A stretch of 64,000 nucleotides of DNA from an uncultured cyanobacterium (GTDB lineage: Bacteria; Cyanobacteriota; Cyanobacteriia; Cyanobacteriales; Nostocaceae). Every line of letters starts with the position of its first letter. Position 1 is the stretch's first letter. A model generated the notes under the pieces. The model did no database searches and had not been told where the DNA came from. It saw only the letters and a list, made by a program, of their open reading frames with translations. This document shows positions 1-8,880 of the stretch, one piece after another. Position numbers and translations under genes: made by a program. The stretch is from NCBI GenBank assembly GCA_963740315.1, contig CAVUDP010000002.1:3040001-3104000 (forward strand). The letters run 5' to 3'.

Positions 1-303
1 GCCGATTGGGTAGGCGGTTATGGTTTAACCGTTGTATTAAATCACAATAGCGCTCAACAATCACTCTACGGGCATATGTCCGAATTGTTTGTTCGTCCCG
101 GTCAGTGGGTAGAGCGAGGAAGCGTTATCGGTCGCGTAGGCAGCACTGGTAATTCCACAGGACCTCACCTGCACTTTGAAACACGTCAGCTAACTCCCGA
201 CGGTTGGGTAGCAACAAATCCAAGCGCACAATTACAGTACGCGCTCAACCAGTTTCTTCAATCCTTACAAACAGCGCAAGTTGTTGAAGAACCTGGTAGC
301 TAA
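1..303 (+). CDS. M23 family metallopeptidase, C-terminal part (runs off the window start)
   Basis: Frame open from base 1: ADWVGGYGLTVVLNH...YGHMS...GRVGSTGNSTGPHLHFE, carrying the M23 YxH and HLH motifs. Confidence 0.9.
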   Translation, partial: ADWVGGYGLTVVLNHNSAQQSLYGHMSELFVRPGQWVERGSVIGRVGSTGNSTGPHLHFETRQLTPDGWVATNPSAQLQYALNQFLQSLQTAQVVEEPGS

Positions 304-425
304 GGAGATGGGGGGATGGGGAGATGGGGAGATGGGGAGATGGGGAGACAAGGGGACAAGGAGATGCGGTAGATGGGGTAGATGCGGTAGATGCGGTAGA
401 TGCGGTAGATGGGGTAGATGGGGTA
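304..425. repeat. STRR-type short tandem repeats (GGGGAGAT / GATGCGGTA)
   Basis: Visible tandem 8-9-mers after the M23 stop. Confidence 0.9.
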
Positions 426-465
426 GTTAAACAGCGAGCAAGATGCTCGCACTACTCCGGTGGTT

Positions 466-621
466 CTAACTCCTAACTCCTAACTCCTAATTCCTAATTC
501 CTAACTCCTAGCTCCTAACTCCTAACTCCTAACTCCTAACTCCTAACTCTTAACTCCTAACTCCTAACTCCTAACTCCTAACTCCTAACTCTTAACTCCT
601 AACTCCTAACTCCCTACTCCC
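466..621. repeat. Heptamer tandem repeat (CTCCTAA)n
   Basis: About 20 near-perfect CTAACTC units between convergent genes. Confidence 0.95.
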
Positions 622-624
622 TTT

Positions 625-1305
625 TTATAAATACCCATGTTCGGTTAAGAATGTGGGTGTAATTTCATTTTGGGTAGAACCGGATGAAGCTGGATTGTTT
701 TCCTTACCAAAATAAATAAGTTTCTCTACGTATTTACCGAGAATATCACCTTCTAAATTTACTAAACTACCTGGAATTAAATCGCGAAGATTTGTTTCGG
801 CATAAGTTACGGGAATCACAGCTACTTTAAACTGGGAAATCTCTGGGTTGTAATCAGCTATAGTGAGGCTGATACCATTGATAGCAATGCTACCTTTGGG
901 TACTATATAGCGGTCAATCGTATGGGATGCGGTAAACGTCATTTCCCAAGAAGTCGCTGTTTGTTCTACACAAATCAACTCACCTATACCGTCAACGTGT
1001 CCCATGACAAAATGACCGCCTATTTTACTGCCAACTCTCAAAGAAGTTTCTAAATTGACGTAGCGCCCTTTAGTTACTAATTCTCTTAAAGTTGTGCGGC
1101 GCAATGTTTCTGGGGAAGCTGTAGCAATAAAACCGTCGATTGTGACATCTTCTACTGTTAAGCAAACCCCATCTACTGCAACGCTATCACCGTAAGCTAA
1201 GTCTTGCACGATCGCCGATCGGGAAGAATCCGGGCAAGTAATTTGCCAAGAATCTCCTCCTAGAGGTTTCATCGTTCCTAATGCTTGAATTATTCCTGTA
1301 AACAC
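625..1305 (-). CDS. ribE: Riboflavin synthase (alpha chain)
   Basis: MFTGII N-terminus, GDSVAVDGVCLTV, GGHFVMGHVDG, KGSIAINGISLT. Confidence 0.97.
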   Translation of the reverse strand: MFTGIIQALGTMKPLGGDSWQITCPDSSRSAIVQDLAYGDSVAVDGVCLTVEDVTIDGFIATASPETLRRTTLRELVTKGRYVNLETSLRVGSKIGGHFVMGHVDGIGELICVEQTATSWEMTFTASHTIDRYIVPKGSIAINGISLTIADYNPEISQFKVAVIPVTYAETNLRDLIPGSLVNLEGDILGKYVEKLIYFGKENNPASSGSTQNEITPTFLTEHGYL

Positions 1306-1647
1306 GGCTTTTTTGTGCGACTAATTCTATATATTGCTTATTATCAACTTAAATTAATTAGTAATTCTGCCATAATTTATCAATGCACGGTATAATTTTA
1401 AACTTTTAAATGTATAGAGCAATAAACACATTTACATTAAAGACGGGGCATAAGGCGTGTAAATAGATTATTGTAGAACCAATAAGGTTAGACTAACGAA
1501 ATGGTATTCACAACCATTTGGGAGTTTAATAGAAGCAATTATAAACAATATAGACTTATGTTTGAGGTTTTTACAACTTGCTCAGGCAAGAGTATTATTT
1601 GTTACCAAATTTATCGAAGCGCTCAAAGGAATGTAGAGGCATAGCCG

Positions 1648-2151
1648 ATGATTGAAATGAAAGTTGCTGGCATCGCGTTGGATGCAATTACTCGCAGTCC
1701 GATAGTACTTTTAAAAGATGCAACAGACCGCCGCGCTTTGCCAATTTACATTGGTCAAGAACAGGCGAGAGCAATTATGGCAGCACAGGAGAATCAAAAA
1801 GCTCCCAGACCGTTAACCCACGACTTAATTGTGAATATTTTTGAGGGGTGGGACATGGTTTTAGAGAAAGTGATTATCCACTCCCTGCAAAAAGACACCT
1901 TCTATGCATCTTTAATTCTAAAGCAAGGTGAGACGCAAAAGGAAGTTGATGCTCGTCCTAGCGATGCGATCGCCGTTGCGTTGCGTACAAATGCACCAAT
2001 CTGGGTAATGGAAGAAGTGGTTGCGGATGCTTCAATTCCAGTAGATAGAGATGCGGATGAAGCCGAGCGAGAAGCCTTCCGAGAATTCGTTTCTAATCTC
2101 CGTCCAGAAGATTTAATCAAGCGTTTTGGTGATAGTGCTAGTAATAGTTAG
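1648..2151 (+). CDS. Bifunctional nuclease family protein (DUF151)
   Basis: LPIYIG, RPLTHDL and DARPSDAIAVA motifs. Confidence 0.93.
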   Translation: MIEMKVAGIALDAITRSPIVLLKDATDRRALPIYIGQEQARAIMAAQENQKAPRPLTHDLIVNIFEGWDMVLEKVIIHSLQKDTFYASLILKQGETQKEVDARPSDAIAVALRTNAPIWVMEEVVADASIPVDRDADEAEREAFREFVSNLRPEDLIKRFGDSASNS

Positions 2152-2319
2152 GCATAGTTATGAGTTATGAGTTATGAGTTAAGAGTTAAATTATTAGCTA
2201 GAGCGCGAAGAGTAAACAAACTCTGTATATGAGTCTTAAGTTAAGAGGTAAAATACTTATTCCACATACAGTCTTTCCAACTCAAGACTTTTAACTCCTA
2301 ACTCCTAACTTTAGAAAAG

Positions 2320-3450
2320 ATGCAATACCGACGCTTCGGGAGAACAAATCTACATTTATCGGTGTTTTCCTTGGGAACAATGCGCTCCACCGCTTCACCT
2401 GCAAATGCAAGACGAGTTATCAGTGAAGCAGTAGCGCAAGGGATTAATCATATAGAAACTGCTAGTGGTTATGGTAAAAGTGAGGAGTATTTAGGTGAAG
2501 TGCTGTATTCTGGGTTGTCTGTACCCCGCGATCGGCTTCATATCACTAGTAAAATCCCACCCACAGTTGATGCCGATACCATGCGTCGGTGCATCGACAA
2601 ATCTTTGGAAAAATTGCAGCTCGATTATCTTGATTGTTTGGCTATTCATGGCTTAAATACATGGGAGCATCTGGAGTGGGTGCGGGCTGAAAATGGCTGT
2701 ATGCAGGCGGTACGAGAAGCCGTGGGGAATGGTAGAGTCCGCCATGTCGGGTTTTCCACCCACGCACCATTAGAAATAATTTTAGCGGCGATAAATACAG
2801 ATTTATTTGAATTTGTCAATCTGCATTATTACTATTTTTTTCAGCGCAACCAGAAAGCGGTTGAGTTAGCAGCAGAAAAAGATATGGGCGTTTTTATCAT
2901 TTCCCCCGCCGATAAAGGAGGAAGATTATATACGCCATCCGATAAATTAAAAGAATTATCTTATCCGTTTTCTCCCCTAGAATTAAATTATCGTTTTTTA
3001 CTTAGCGATCGCCGTATTACAACATTAAGTGTAGGTGCTGCAACCCCCGAAGAATTGATTGAACCGTTAAAAGTTGGCGATCGCGATGGGGAACTAAATA
3101 AAGATGAAATTACGGTTTTTCAAAGATTAGAAAAATACAAAAATAAAGTTTTAAATACTGAAAAATGCAGTCAGTGTTACGAATGCTTACCTTGTCCCGA
3201 AAACATCAATATTCCCGAAGTATTGCGACTGCGGAATTTAGCAGTGGCATACGATATGACAGATTACGGTAAGTATCGCTACGGTATGTTTGAAAATGCC
3301 GGACATTGGTTTGGGGGAATGAAAGGTAGTCGGTGTACTGAATGTGGGGAATGTTTACCCAAGTGTCCGGAAAAGTTAGATATTCCAGCTTTGTTGAAAG
3401 ATACTCATCAAAGGTTGAAAGGGAAAGAAGGTAGGAGATTGTGGGAGTGA
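2320..3450 (+). CDS. Aldo/keto reductase with C-terminal 4Fe-4S dicluster domain
   Basis: MQYRRFGRT, GINHIETASGYG; CxxCxxCxPCP twice at the C-terminus. Confidence 0.93.
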   Translation: MQYRRFGRTNLHLSVFSLGTMRSTASPANARRVISEAVAQGINHIETASGYGKSEEYLGEVLYSGLSVPRDRLHITSKIPPTVDADTMRRCIDKSLEKLQLDYLDCLAIHGLNTWEHLEWVRAENGCMQAVREAVGNGRVRHVGFSTHAPLEIILAAINTDLFEFVNLHYYYFFQRNQKAVELAAEKDMGVFIISPADKGGRLYTPSDKLKELSYPFSPLELNYRFLLSDRRITTLSVGAATPEELIEPLKVGDRDGELNKDEITVFQRLEKYKNKVLNTEKCSQCYECLPCPENINIPEVLRLRNLAVAYDMTDYGKYRYGMFENAGHWFGGMKGSRCTECGECLPKCPEKLDIPALLKDTHQRLKGKEGRRLWE

Positions 3451-3959
3451 TGTTTTCGATTTACTCCCGAAGTATTCAAGCCATTCCTTAAATCTGTAAC
3501 AAGCCGCATAAGTAGATGAAGATCATGGTTGTTATCATTCGTTTGAGAAAGTTGATTGTTAATAGGGTTTTTGATTTTTGGGTTGTCATTGAAGATGGAA
3601 TCACTAAATTGATAGCAAACAGTAATTATGTAAACTTTATTTGTGTGATTTGAGTCACTGTCATATCTGTTTTAAATCACAACAACTACCAAAATATTTT
3701 TTTATCAAAATTTATAAGGATTAAGCTATTTACTCTACGTAAGTATATATAAATCTAAACATCTGAAGCAGATTAAATTAATAATTTTTGAAGGGAACTC
3801 TTCAACTATATTTGTAATCTAGTTAGTAGAATCGTTAATCAAACTTTGTACTAATAATTGATAGCAGCAAGCTTTATTAATAGCAACTACAGCTAACTTA
3901 TGCTGTAGAAATATTTTGTGATTTTTAAGTAAATATCAAGTTCGCGTCTATCTAAGTAA

Positions 3960-4799
3960 ATGATAGACATATTTTGGAGTACAAAAATGAGTAGTAATGC
4001 GCCTCTTTTGATTGAAGACACGAACTTATCTTACGCTTGGGGTGATGTATTTTTACATTTCTTCAACAAACGTTGCACAGAAATTTCACCGTTAGTTATT
4101 ACATTAACTGGGTTTAACAATGGTCTTCCAAATGAAGATAAAACTATTGTCAAAGCCTTGGATGAATGTCTTAAGGAACAGAATGAATTAGAAGTAGATA
4201 AAGTTGCCCAAACAATCTTTCCTACTTCTTACTGGCAACTGTCAAAGGATAATCGAGAAGAATTTTTCAACAACTACATTAACAACATCGATAACATAAA
4301 AGCTGCGGTTAAACCAAAGCACTCTTGTGAGTACTTTGAAAGACTTATTGCTTTCGGTTCAGGTCCTCACAATGGTAATCAACTCGAACATATTATTTAT
4401 GAGTATAATTCTGTATACAATTCTGATACTAGTAAGCGCTCTGGAGTAAGAAGAAGTATGTTTCAAGCATCTATCTTTGACCCAGAGCGAGACCATAATG
4501 GCAGCAGTATATACCTTCCCTTTCCTTGTTTAGGACATATCAGCTTTGTGCCAAATAAGAAAGATGGAACTTTAGTTCTTAATGCTTTTTACGCAACTCA
4601 AAAGATATTAGAAAAAGCATATGGTAATTATTTAGGTCTTTGTAGGTTGGGTCATTTTATGGCTGGTGAAATGGGACTGACATTTGAGCGAATGAACTGT
4701 TTTATAGGTGTTGCGAAGTTGGACACTGTTGCTAAAAAAGACCTTAAAACTTTAGAAGCAAAAATTCGTCAAATTGTACCGTCAAAAACTAATTCATAA
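3960..4799 (+). CDS. Thymidylate synthase-fold protein, divergent (alternative start 3987)
   Basis: RRSMFQASIFDPERD...LPFPCLGHISF...LVLNAFYATQ...AYGNYLGL aligns by eye with the TS core SRR..W / LPPC / YQRSxD...PFN. Confidence 0.7.
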   Translation: MIDIFWSTKMSSNAPLLIEDTNLSYAWGDVFLHFFNKRCTEISPLVITLTGFNNGLPNEDKTIVKALDECLKEQNELEVDKVAQTIFPTSYWQLSKDNREEFFNNYINNIDNIKAAVKPKHSCEYFERLIAFGSGPHNGNQLEHIIYEYNSVYNSDTSKRSGVRRSMFQASIFDPERDHNGSSIYLPFPCLGHISFVPNKKDGTLVLNAFYATQKILEKAYGNYLGLCRLGHFMAGEMGLTFERMNCFIGVAKLDTVAKKDLKTLEAKIRQIVPSKTNS

Positions 4800-4923
4800 G
4801 GTGAAGTATTTTGTCCGTTTCAAAAAATCATCTTGCAGATAAAAACAATTGCGATTAATTACTATGACAGTTAAGCTTATGAGCATTCATCTTATATAGA
4901 GTAGATACTCTTAAGCTTGCAAT

Positions 4924-6048
4924 ATGGCAATTAAACCTCAGAAACCTGTAAAACAAAAAGACGGACAAAATCTACAGCTTAGTTTAGAACTTGGTTTTGG
5001 GGAAAAGCCAAATAAGGCTACACCTACAATAATTTCATCACGTCTACCAGCAAAGCCTACGGTTGTATTTGATACTTACTGGCGTTTCGCTGCCGAACGA
5101 CAAAAGATATTTTTCAACAAGTTAGAAAATACACCGATGTCTTGGACTGATGACTCTATCCTTTCAGTTTACAAGTTTACCAATGCTTATCGAGCGAGCG
5201 ATCGCACTAGCCAATATTTGATTCGTCACGTTATCTATGGCTCAGACTTACCAAAGTCTAATAAAGAGGTTTTCTTTAGAATTATCCTCTTCAAGATTTT
5301 TAACAAAATTGAAACTTGGCAGCTTCTAGAAGAAAAGTTTGGTCGCATCATTTATGCAGACTATTCCTTTGAACGCTATGACAAAGTTCTTACGGAAGCT
5401 ATGGAGTCAGGTAAAAGAATATATTCAGCAGCATACATTATGCCTTCAGGTGGTAAAACTCTCGGACATACTACAAAGCACCGCAATCACCTGAAGCTAA
5501 TTGAAAAAATGATGGCTGATGAACTGCCAAAACAACTTGCAGATGCAGCTTCAATGCAGCGAGGTTTCGAGTTACTGCTAGCTTATCCAACTATTGGAAA
5601 TTTTTTGGCATACCAGTTTATTACGGATATTAATTATAGCGAGATTACCAACTTTAAGGAAATGGAATTTGTAGTTCCCGGTCCTGGTGCGCTAGATGGT
5701 ATCCGCAAATGTTTTTCCGATTTAGGTGGTTTGAAAGAAACAGAAATTATTAAGTATATGGCTGATAACCAAGAGTTTGAATTCAAGCGATTAGGACTCG
5801 AATTTAAATCTCTTTGGGGTCGTCCTCTGCAACTAATTGACTGCCAAAATCTATTTTGTGAGGTCGATAAATACGCACGAATTAAACATCCGGAAATTTC
5901 TGGAATTTCTGGTCGAACTCGTATCAAACAGAAATACTCAGCCAACGGACAACCTTTCGATTATTGGTATCCACCAAAGTGGGAAATTAACCAAGCTATT
6001 CAAAAATTTAAAGCGATTAAAGAAACAACATATAAAAGGAATGAATGA
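4924..6048 (+). CDS. aGPT-Pplase1 / '5-hmdU DNA kinase helical domain'-like protein (HhH glycosylase fold; phage thymidine-hypermodification family)
   Basis: YWRFAAERQ, WTDDSIL..YKFTNAYRASDRTSQY, YSAAY, HhH-like LLAYPTIGNFLAYQFITD, PGPGA, IDCQNLFCEVDKYAR. Confidence 0.8.
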   Translation: MAIKPQKPVKQKDGQNLQLSLELGFGEKPNKATPTIISSRLPAKPTVVFDTYWRFAAERQKIFFNKLENTPMSWTDDSILSVYKFTNAYRASDRTSQYLIRHVIYGSDLPKSNKEVFFRIILFKIFNKIETWQLLEEKFGRIIYADYSFERYDKVLTEAMESGKRIYSAAYIMPSGGKTLGHTTKHRNHLKLIEKMMADELPKQLADAASMQRGFELLLAYPTIGNFLAYQFITDINYSEITNFKEMEFVVPGPGALDGIRKCFSDLGGLKETEIIKYMADNQEFEFKRLGLEFKSLWGRPLQLIDCQNLFCEVDKYARIKHPEISGISGRTRIKQKYSANGQPFDYWYPPKWEINQAIQKFKAIKETTYKRNE

Positions 6049-6956
6049 TGGACTTTCGTAATTATCAACAACAAGCCCTGCAAACCGACCAAGTTCCCAG
6101 TGGAACTCAAAATGATAAAATCGTACCTTTACTTGGTTTAGCAGGTGAAGCTGCTTCCCTGCTAACTGAGTACAAAAAACACCTCCGAGATGGAGACTCG
6201 TACAAATTATTTAATAAAAGTATTGCTGATGAATTAGGAGATTTGCTTTGGTATGTAGCCAATGTAGCAAGCAAGTTTGACCTTGATTTGGATGAAATTG
6301 CTGAAGGTAATTTGAAAAAGTGTCACGAGCGTTGGGGTTGGAAAGGTTTATTACGCGCAGGTACTCAAACCAAAGGTTGCTTCTTCGACAAAAACTTTCC
6401 CGAAAATGAGCGTTTACCACGTCAGTTTGAAATAGAGATTATCGAAGTCAGCGAAAAAAATTCTGTGAAGTTGGAAGCACTTATCGATGGACAGAAAGTT
6501 GAATTTGGTTCGGAGCTAACTGATAACTCTTACAAAGGTGATGGGTATCGCTATCATGATGTTTTCCATCTTTCCTACCTAGCAGTTTTAGGTTGGTCTC
6601 CAGTAATTCGTCAGCTTCTTAAACGCAAACGAAGGAGCGATTCCCTAATTGACGAGGTTGAAGACGGTGGTCGCGCTGGTGTGATTGAGGAAGGTATCTC
6701 AGCACTTGTATTCAGCTATGCAGAAAATCACGACTTCTTAGAAGGTGTTTCAGCAATAGATTACGAACTGCTAAAAACTATAAAAAATATGACCATTAAC
6801 TTAGAAGTTTCTCAATGTTCGCTGGGTGAGTGGGAAAAAGCAATCCTGATAGGCTTTGAAGTCTGGCGACAAGTAAATAAAAATAAGGGAGGAAAGGTAG
6901 TAGTTAATATTAATACTCAATCTATGACTTATCAAGTTAAATCAAAGTTTTGCTGA
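6045..6956 (+). CDS. MazG-like NTP pyrophosphohydrolase fused to a MazG C-terminal domain
   Basis: YQQQALQTD, LGLAGEA, DELGDLLWYVANVA; C-domain LTDNSY..DGYRYHDVFH, GWSPV, DEVEDGGRA..IEEG; ATGA overlap with the upstream gene. Confidence 0.85.
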   Translation: MMDFRNYQQQALQTDQVPSGTQNDKIVPLLGLAGEAASLLTEYKKHLRDGDSYKLFNKSIADELGDLLWYVANVASKFDLDLDEIAEGNLKKCHERWGWKGLLRAGTQTKGCFFDKNFPENERLPRQFEIEIIEVSEKNSVKLEALIDGQKVEFGSELTDNSYKGDGYRYHDVFHLSYLAVLGWSPVIRQLLKRKRRSDSLIDEVEDGGRAGVIEEGISALVFSYAENHDFLEGVSAIDYELLKTIKNMTINLEVSQCSLGEWEKAILIGFEVWRQVNKNKGGKVVVNINTQSMTYQVKSKFC

Positions 6957-7083
6957 GATTTTATACTTATTTTAAATTATTTCCCCTTTTGCAAAGCATC
7001 GGAGAATTGAAAATAAAGATATGATGCTGGTGGTTGAAACTGTATGTGGTTTCAATCACTAATTTAGTTTTAATTTTCTCAAT

Positions 7084-7419
7084 CTAAGCAACTCCATATC
7101 CCGTATAAGGACACTTTAATGGTAGCTGTAAACCAATTACAATATCTTCTTTATCAACTCCCATCTCTTCAAGTTCTTGTGCTAAATCTAGATCAGTCAT
7201 ATTTTGCTGAATCCAGATTTTGCCATCTTTAATATCAAAATGCATCATGCTACGATCAACGCGCTTTAAATCATTCCAACCTACATACATTAATTGATAA
7301 TGGTCGTGTATTGTATCAAAAATCAATTCTTTTTCTACATCTTCTTGCTTTGGTTTTGAGCTACCGTGTTTAGTTAAAATAGTTTGAATTGATTGGCGAA
7401 AATGGTCTAAGTTTGCCAT
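7084..7419 (-). CDS. xisI: XisI family protein
   Basis: FDTIHDHYQLMYVGW...HFDIKDGKIWIQ...LEEMGVDKEDIVIG. Confidence 0.92.
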   Translation of the reverse strand: MANLDHFRQSIQTILTKHGSSKPKQEDVEKELIFDTIHDHYQLMYVGWNDLKRVDRSMMHFDIKDGKIWIQQNMTDLDLAQELEEMGVDKEDIVIGLQLPLKCPYTGYGVA

Positions 7420-7460
7420 TGTAAAATTACCTCCATTGCTGGTTTGTACGCAATATGTTT
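7407..7460 (-). pseudogene. xisH: 3' remnant of xisH overlapping the xisI start
   Basis: Minus-strand frame reads KHIAYKPAMEVILQWQT*, resembling the XisH C-terminus, in the usual overlap position with xisI; no upstream body. Confidence 0.6.
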
Positions 7461-7499
7461 ATTAGTTAAAGCTGTGAATTATTGCTTTGGCTTTTACAT

Positions 7500-7933
7500 C
7501 CGCTAGGGGTTGCAAACCCCTAGCTAATAGCAGAAGTCCTATAAATAGGACTACAAAGAAACTTTTATTAGTCCATTTTAATGGACTTGAGCTAATTGGT
7601 TCCTCGGATTTGCAATCCCAGGTGGGTTAGAATACAAAACTAAAATTATTTTCGGTTTGAAATTATTAGTTTGGTATTCACATCCGTTTGGGGTTGGGAA
7701 TTATTAGTTTGGTATTCACATCCGCTTGGGGTTGCAAACCCCAAGCGGTGGAGCGAAAGTCCTATAAATAGGACTATAAATTTATTTGTATCTGTCAATA
7801 TATCTGTCAATAGCGAAGACAAGATTTATATTCCAGAAGTTAAAATCAATAAAAACCCTGTCTGAAATCAAAAATTTCTCAGTCATCTTTAGATGACTTA
7901 TGCTATTAGCCTGGGGTTTGCAACCCCAGGTGA
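7500..7933. repeat. Two inverted pairs of bipartite palindromic REP-like units left of the transposase
   Basis: CCGCTAGGGGTTGCAAACCCCTAGC-TAATAGC-AGTCCTATAAATAGGACT at 7500 and 7722; inverted partners at 7569 and 7880. Confidence 0.85.
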
Positions 7934-7959
7934 GTATGAATACAAGCCAAAAATTAAAT

Positions 7960-8409
7960 TTATTTATCTATTTTTAAACCTGATTTAGGAGCATCATCTT
8001 CAGATTTATCTTTTTCCAAAGATGCGATCGCCGTACCTTGTGAATGATGCTGTTTTTGATTTTTTACATAAGCTACAGCTTCATTTAATTGTTTGCTTCC
8101 TAAAGAAAAAATACCATATCCGCCTTGCCAGCTAAACTTTTCAGCATCTGGTGGCGATTCAAAATTAAATTGATGTGCGCTGCTTCCTTTAATTTTTTTG
8201 ACGAAATCAGAAATAGCAAGATTTGGTGGAATTGATGCGACAAGATGAATATGATTTTCTGTTCCACCAATGGCATGGATGATGCAACCAAGGGAATCTG
8301 CTTTGCCAATTATATATTTATAAAAGCTGGCTTCTCTTTGAAGGGTAATCAAATTTTGTCGTCCTTTCGTTGCCCAAACTAAATGATAATAAAGTCGCCA
8401 AAATGCCAT
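7960..8409 (-). mobile_element. tnpA: IS200/IS605-type Y1 (HUH) transposase, possibly REP-associated (RAYT/TnpA-REP); no tnpB
   Basis: YHLVWATKGR, HUH motif NHIHL, KGSS, WQGGY, catalytic YVKNQ. Confidence 0.88.
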
Positions 8410-8499
8410 AACGCTATTTTTATTCTTTGTATGAATATTTTGGTTATAGCTACATATAGTTGGGATTGTAAATAATAAGTTGAGTTTTTATATTTAATT

Positions 8500-8840
8500 T
8501 GGGGTTGTGAATTATCGCTTGGGTATTTACACCACTTGGGGTTTGAAATTATCAGTTGAACATTATAACCGCTTGTGCTTTGAAATTATCGGTTAGGCTT
8601 TCACATCCGCTAGGGGTTGCAAACCCCTAGCTAATAGCAAAAGTCCTATGAATAGGACTGCAATTTGATTCGTTTTGTACCGTAAAGATTCATAGCGACA
8701 TAAGGGGTTTGATTGAAAATACAGCTTGAAATATCAACCTTCCCCAGTCATCTTCAGATGACTTGCGCTATTAGCCTGGGGTTTGCAACCCCAGGCGGAT
8801 TATATAAAGCTATTAGCTCTTAACTACAACCCCAGGCGAT
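8500..8840. repeat. REP-like inverted pair (8607-8660, 8745-8798) plus degenerate ~37-bp tandem copies right of the transposase
   Basis: Same GGGGTTGCAAACCCC and AGTC..GACT double hairpin as on the left side. Confidence 0.85.
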
Positions 8841-8880
8841 TAGGACATAAAGCGATTATCCCCCTTTATGGGGGATTCCC

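Noticed and set aside
7671..7865. 64-aa ORF next to tnpA (and 21352-21549)
   Set aside because: Composed of REP palindrome sequence
3960..8409. Prophage origin for the modification cassette
   Set aside because: No integrase, structural or replication genes, and no att-like repeats seen
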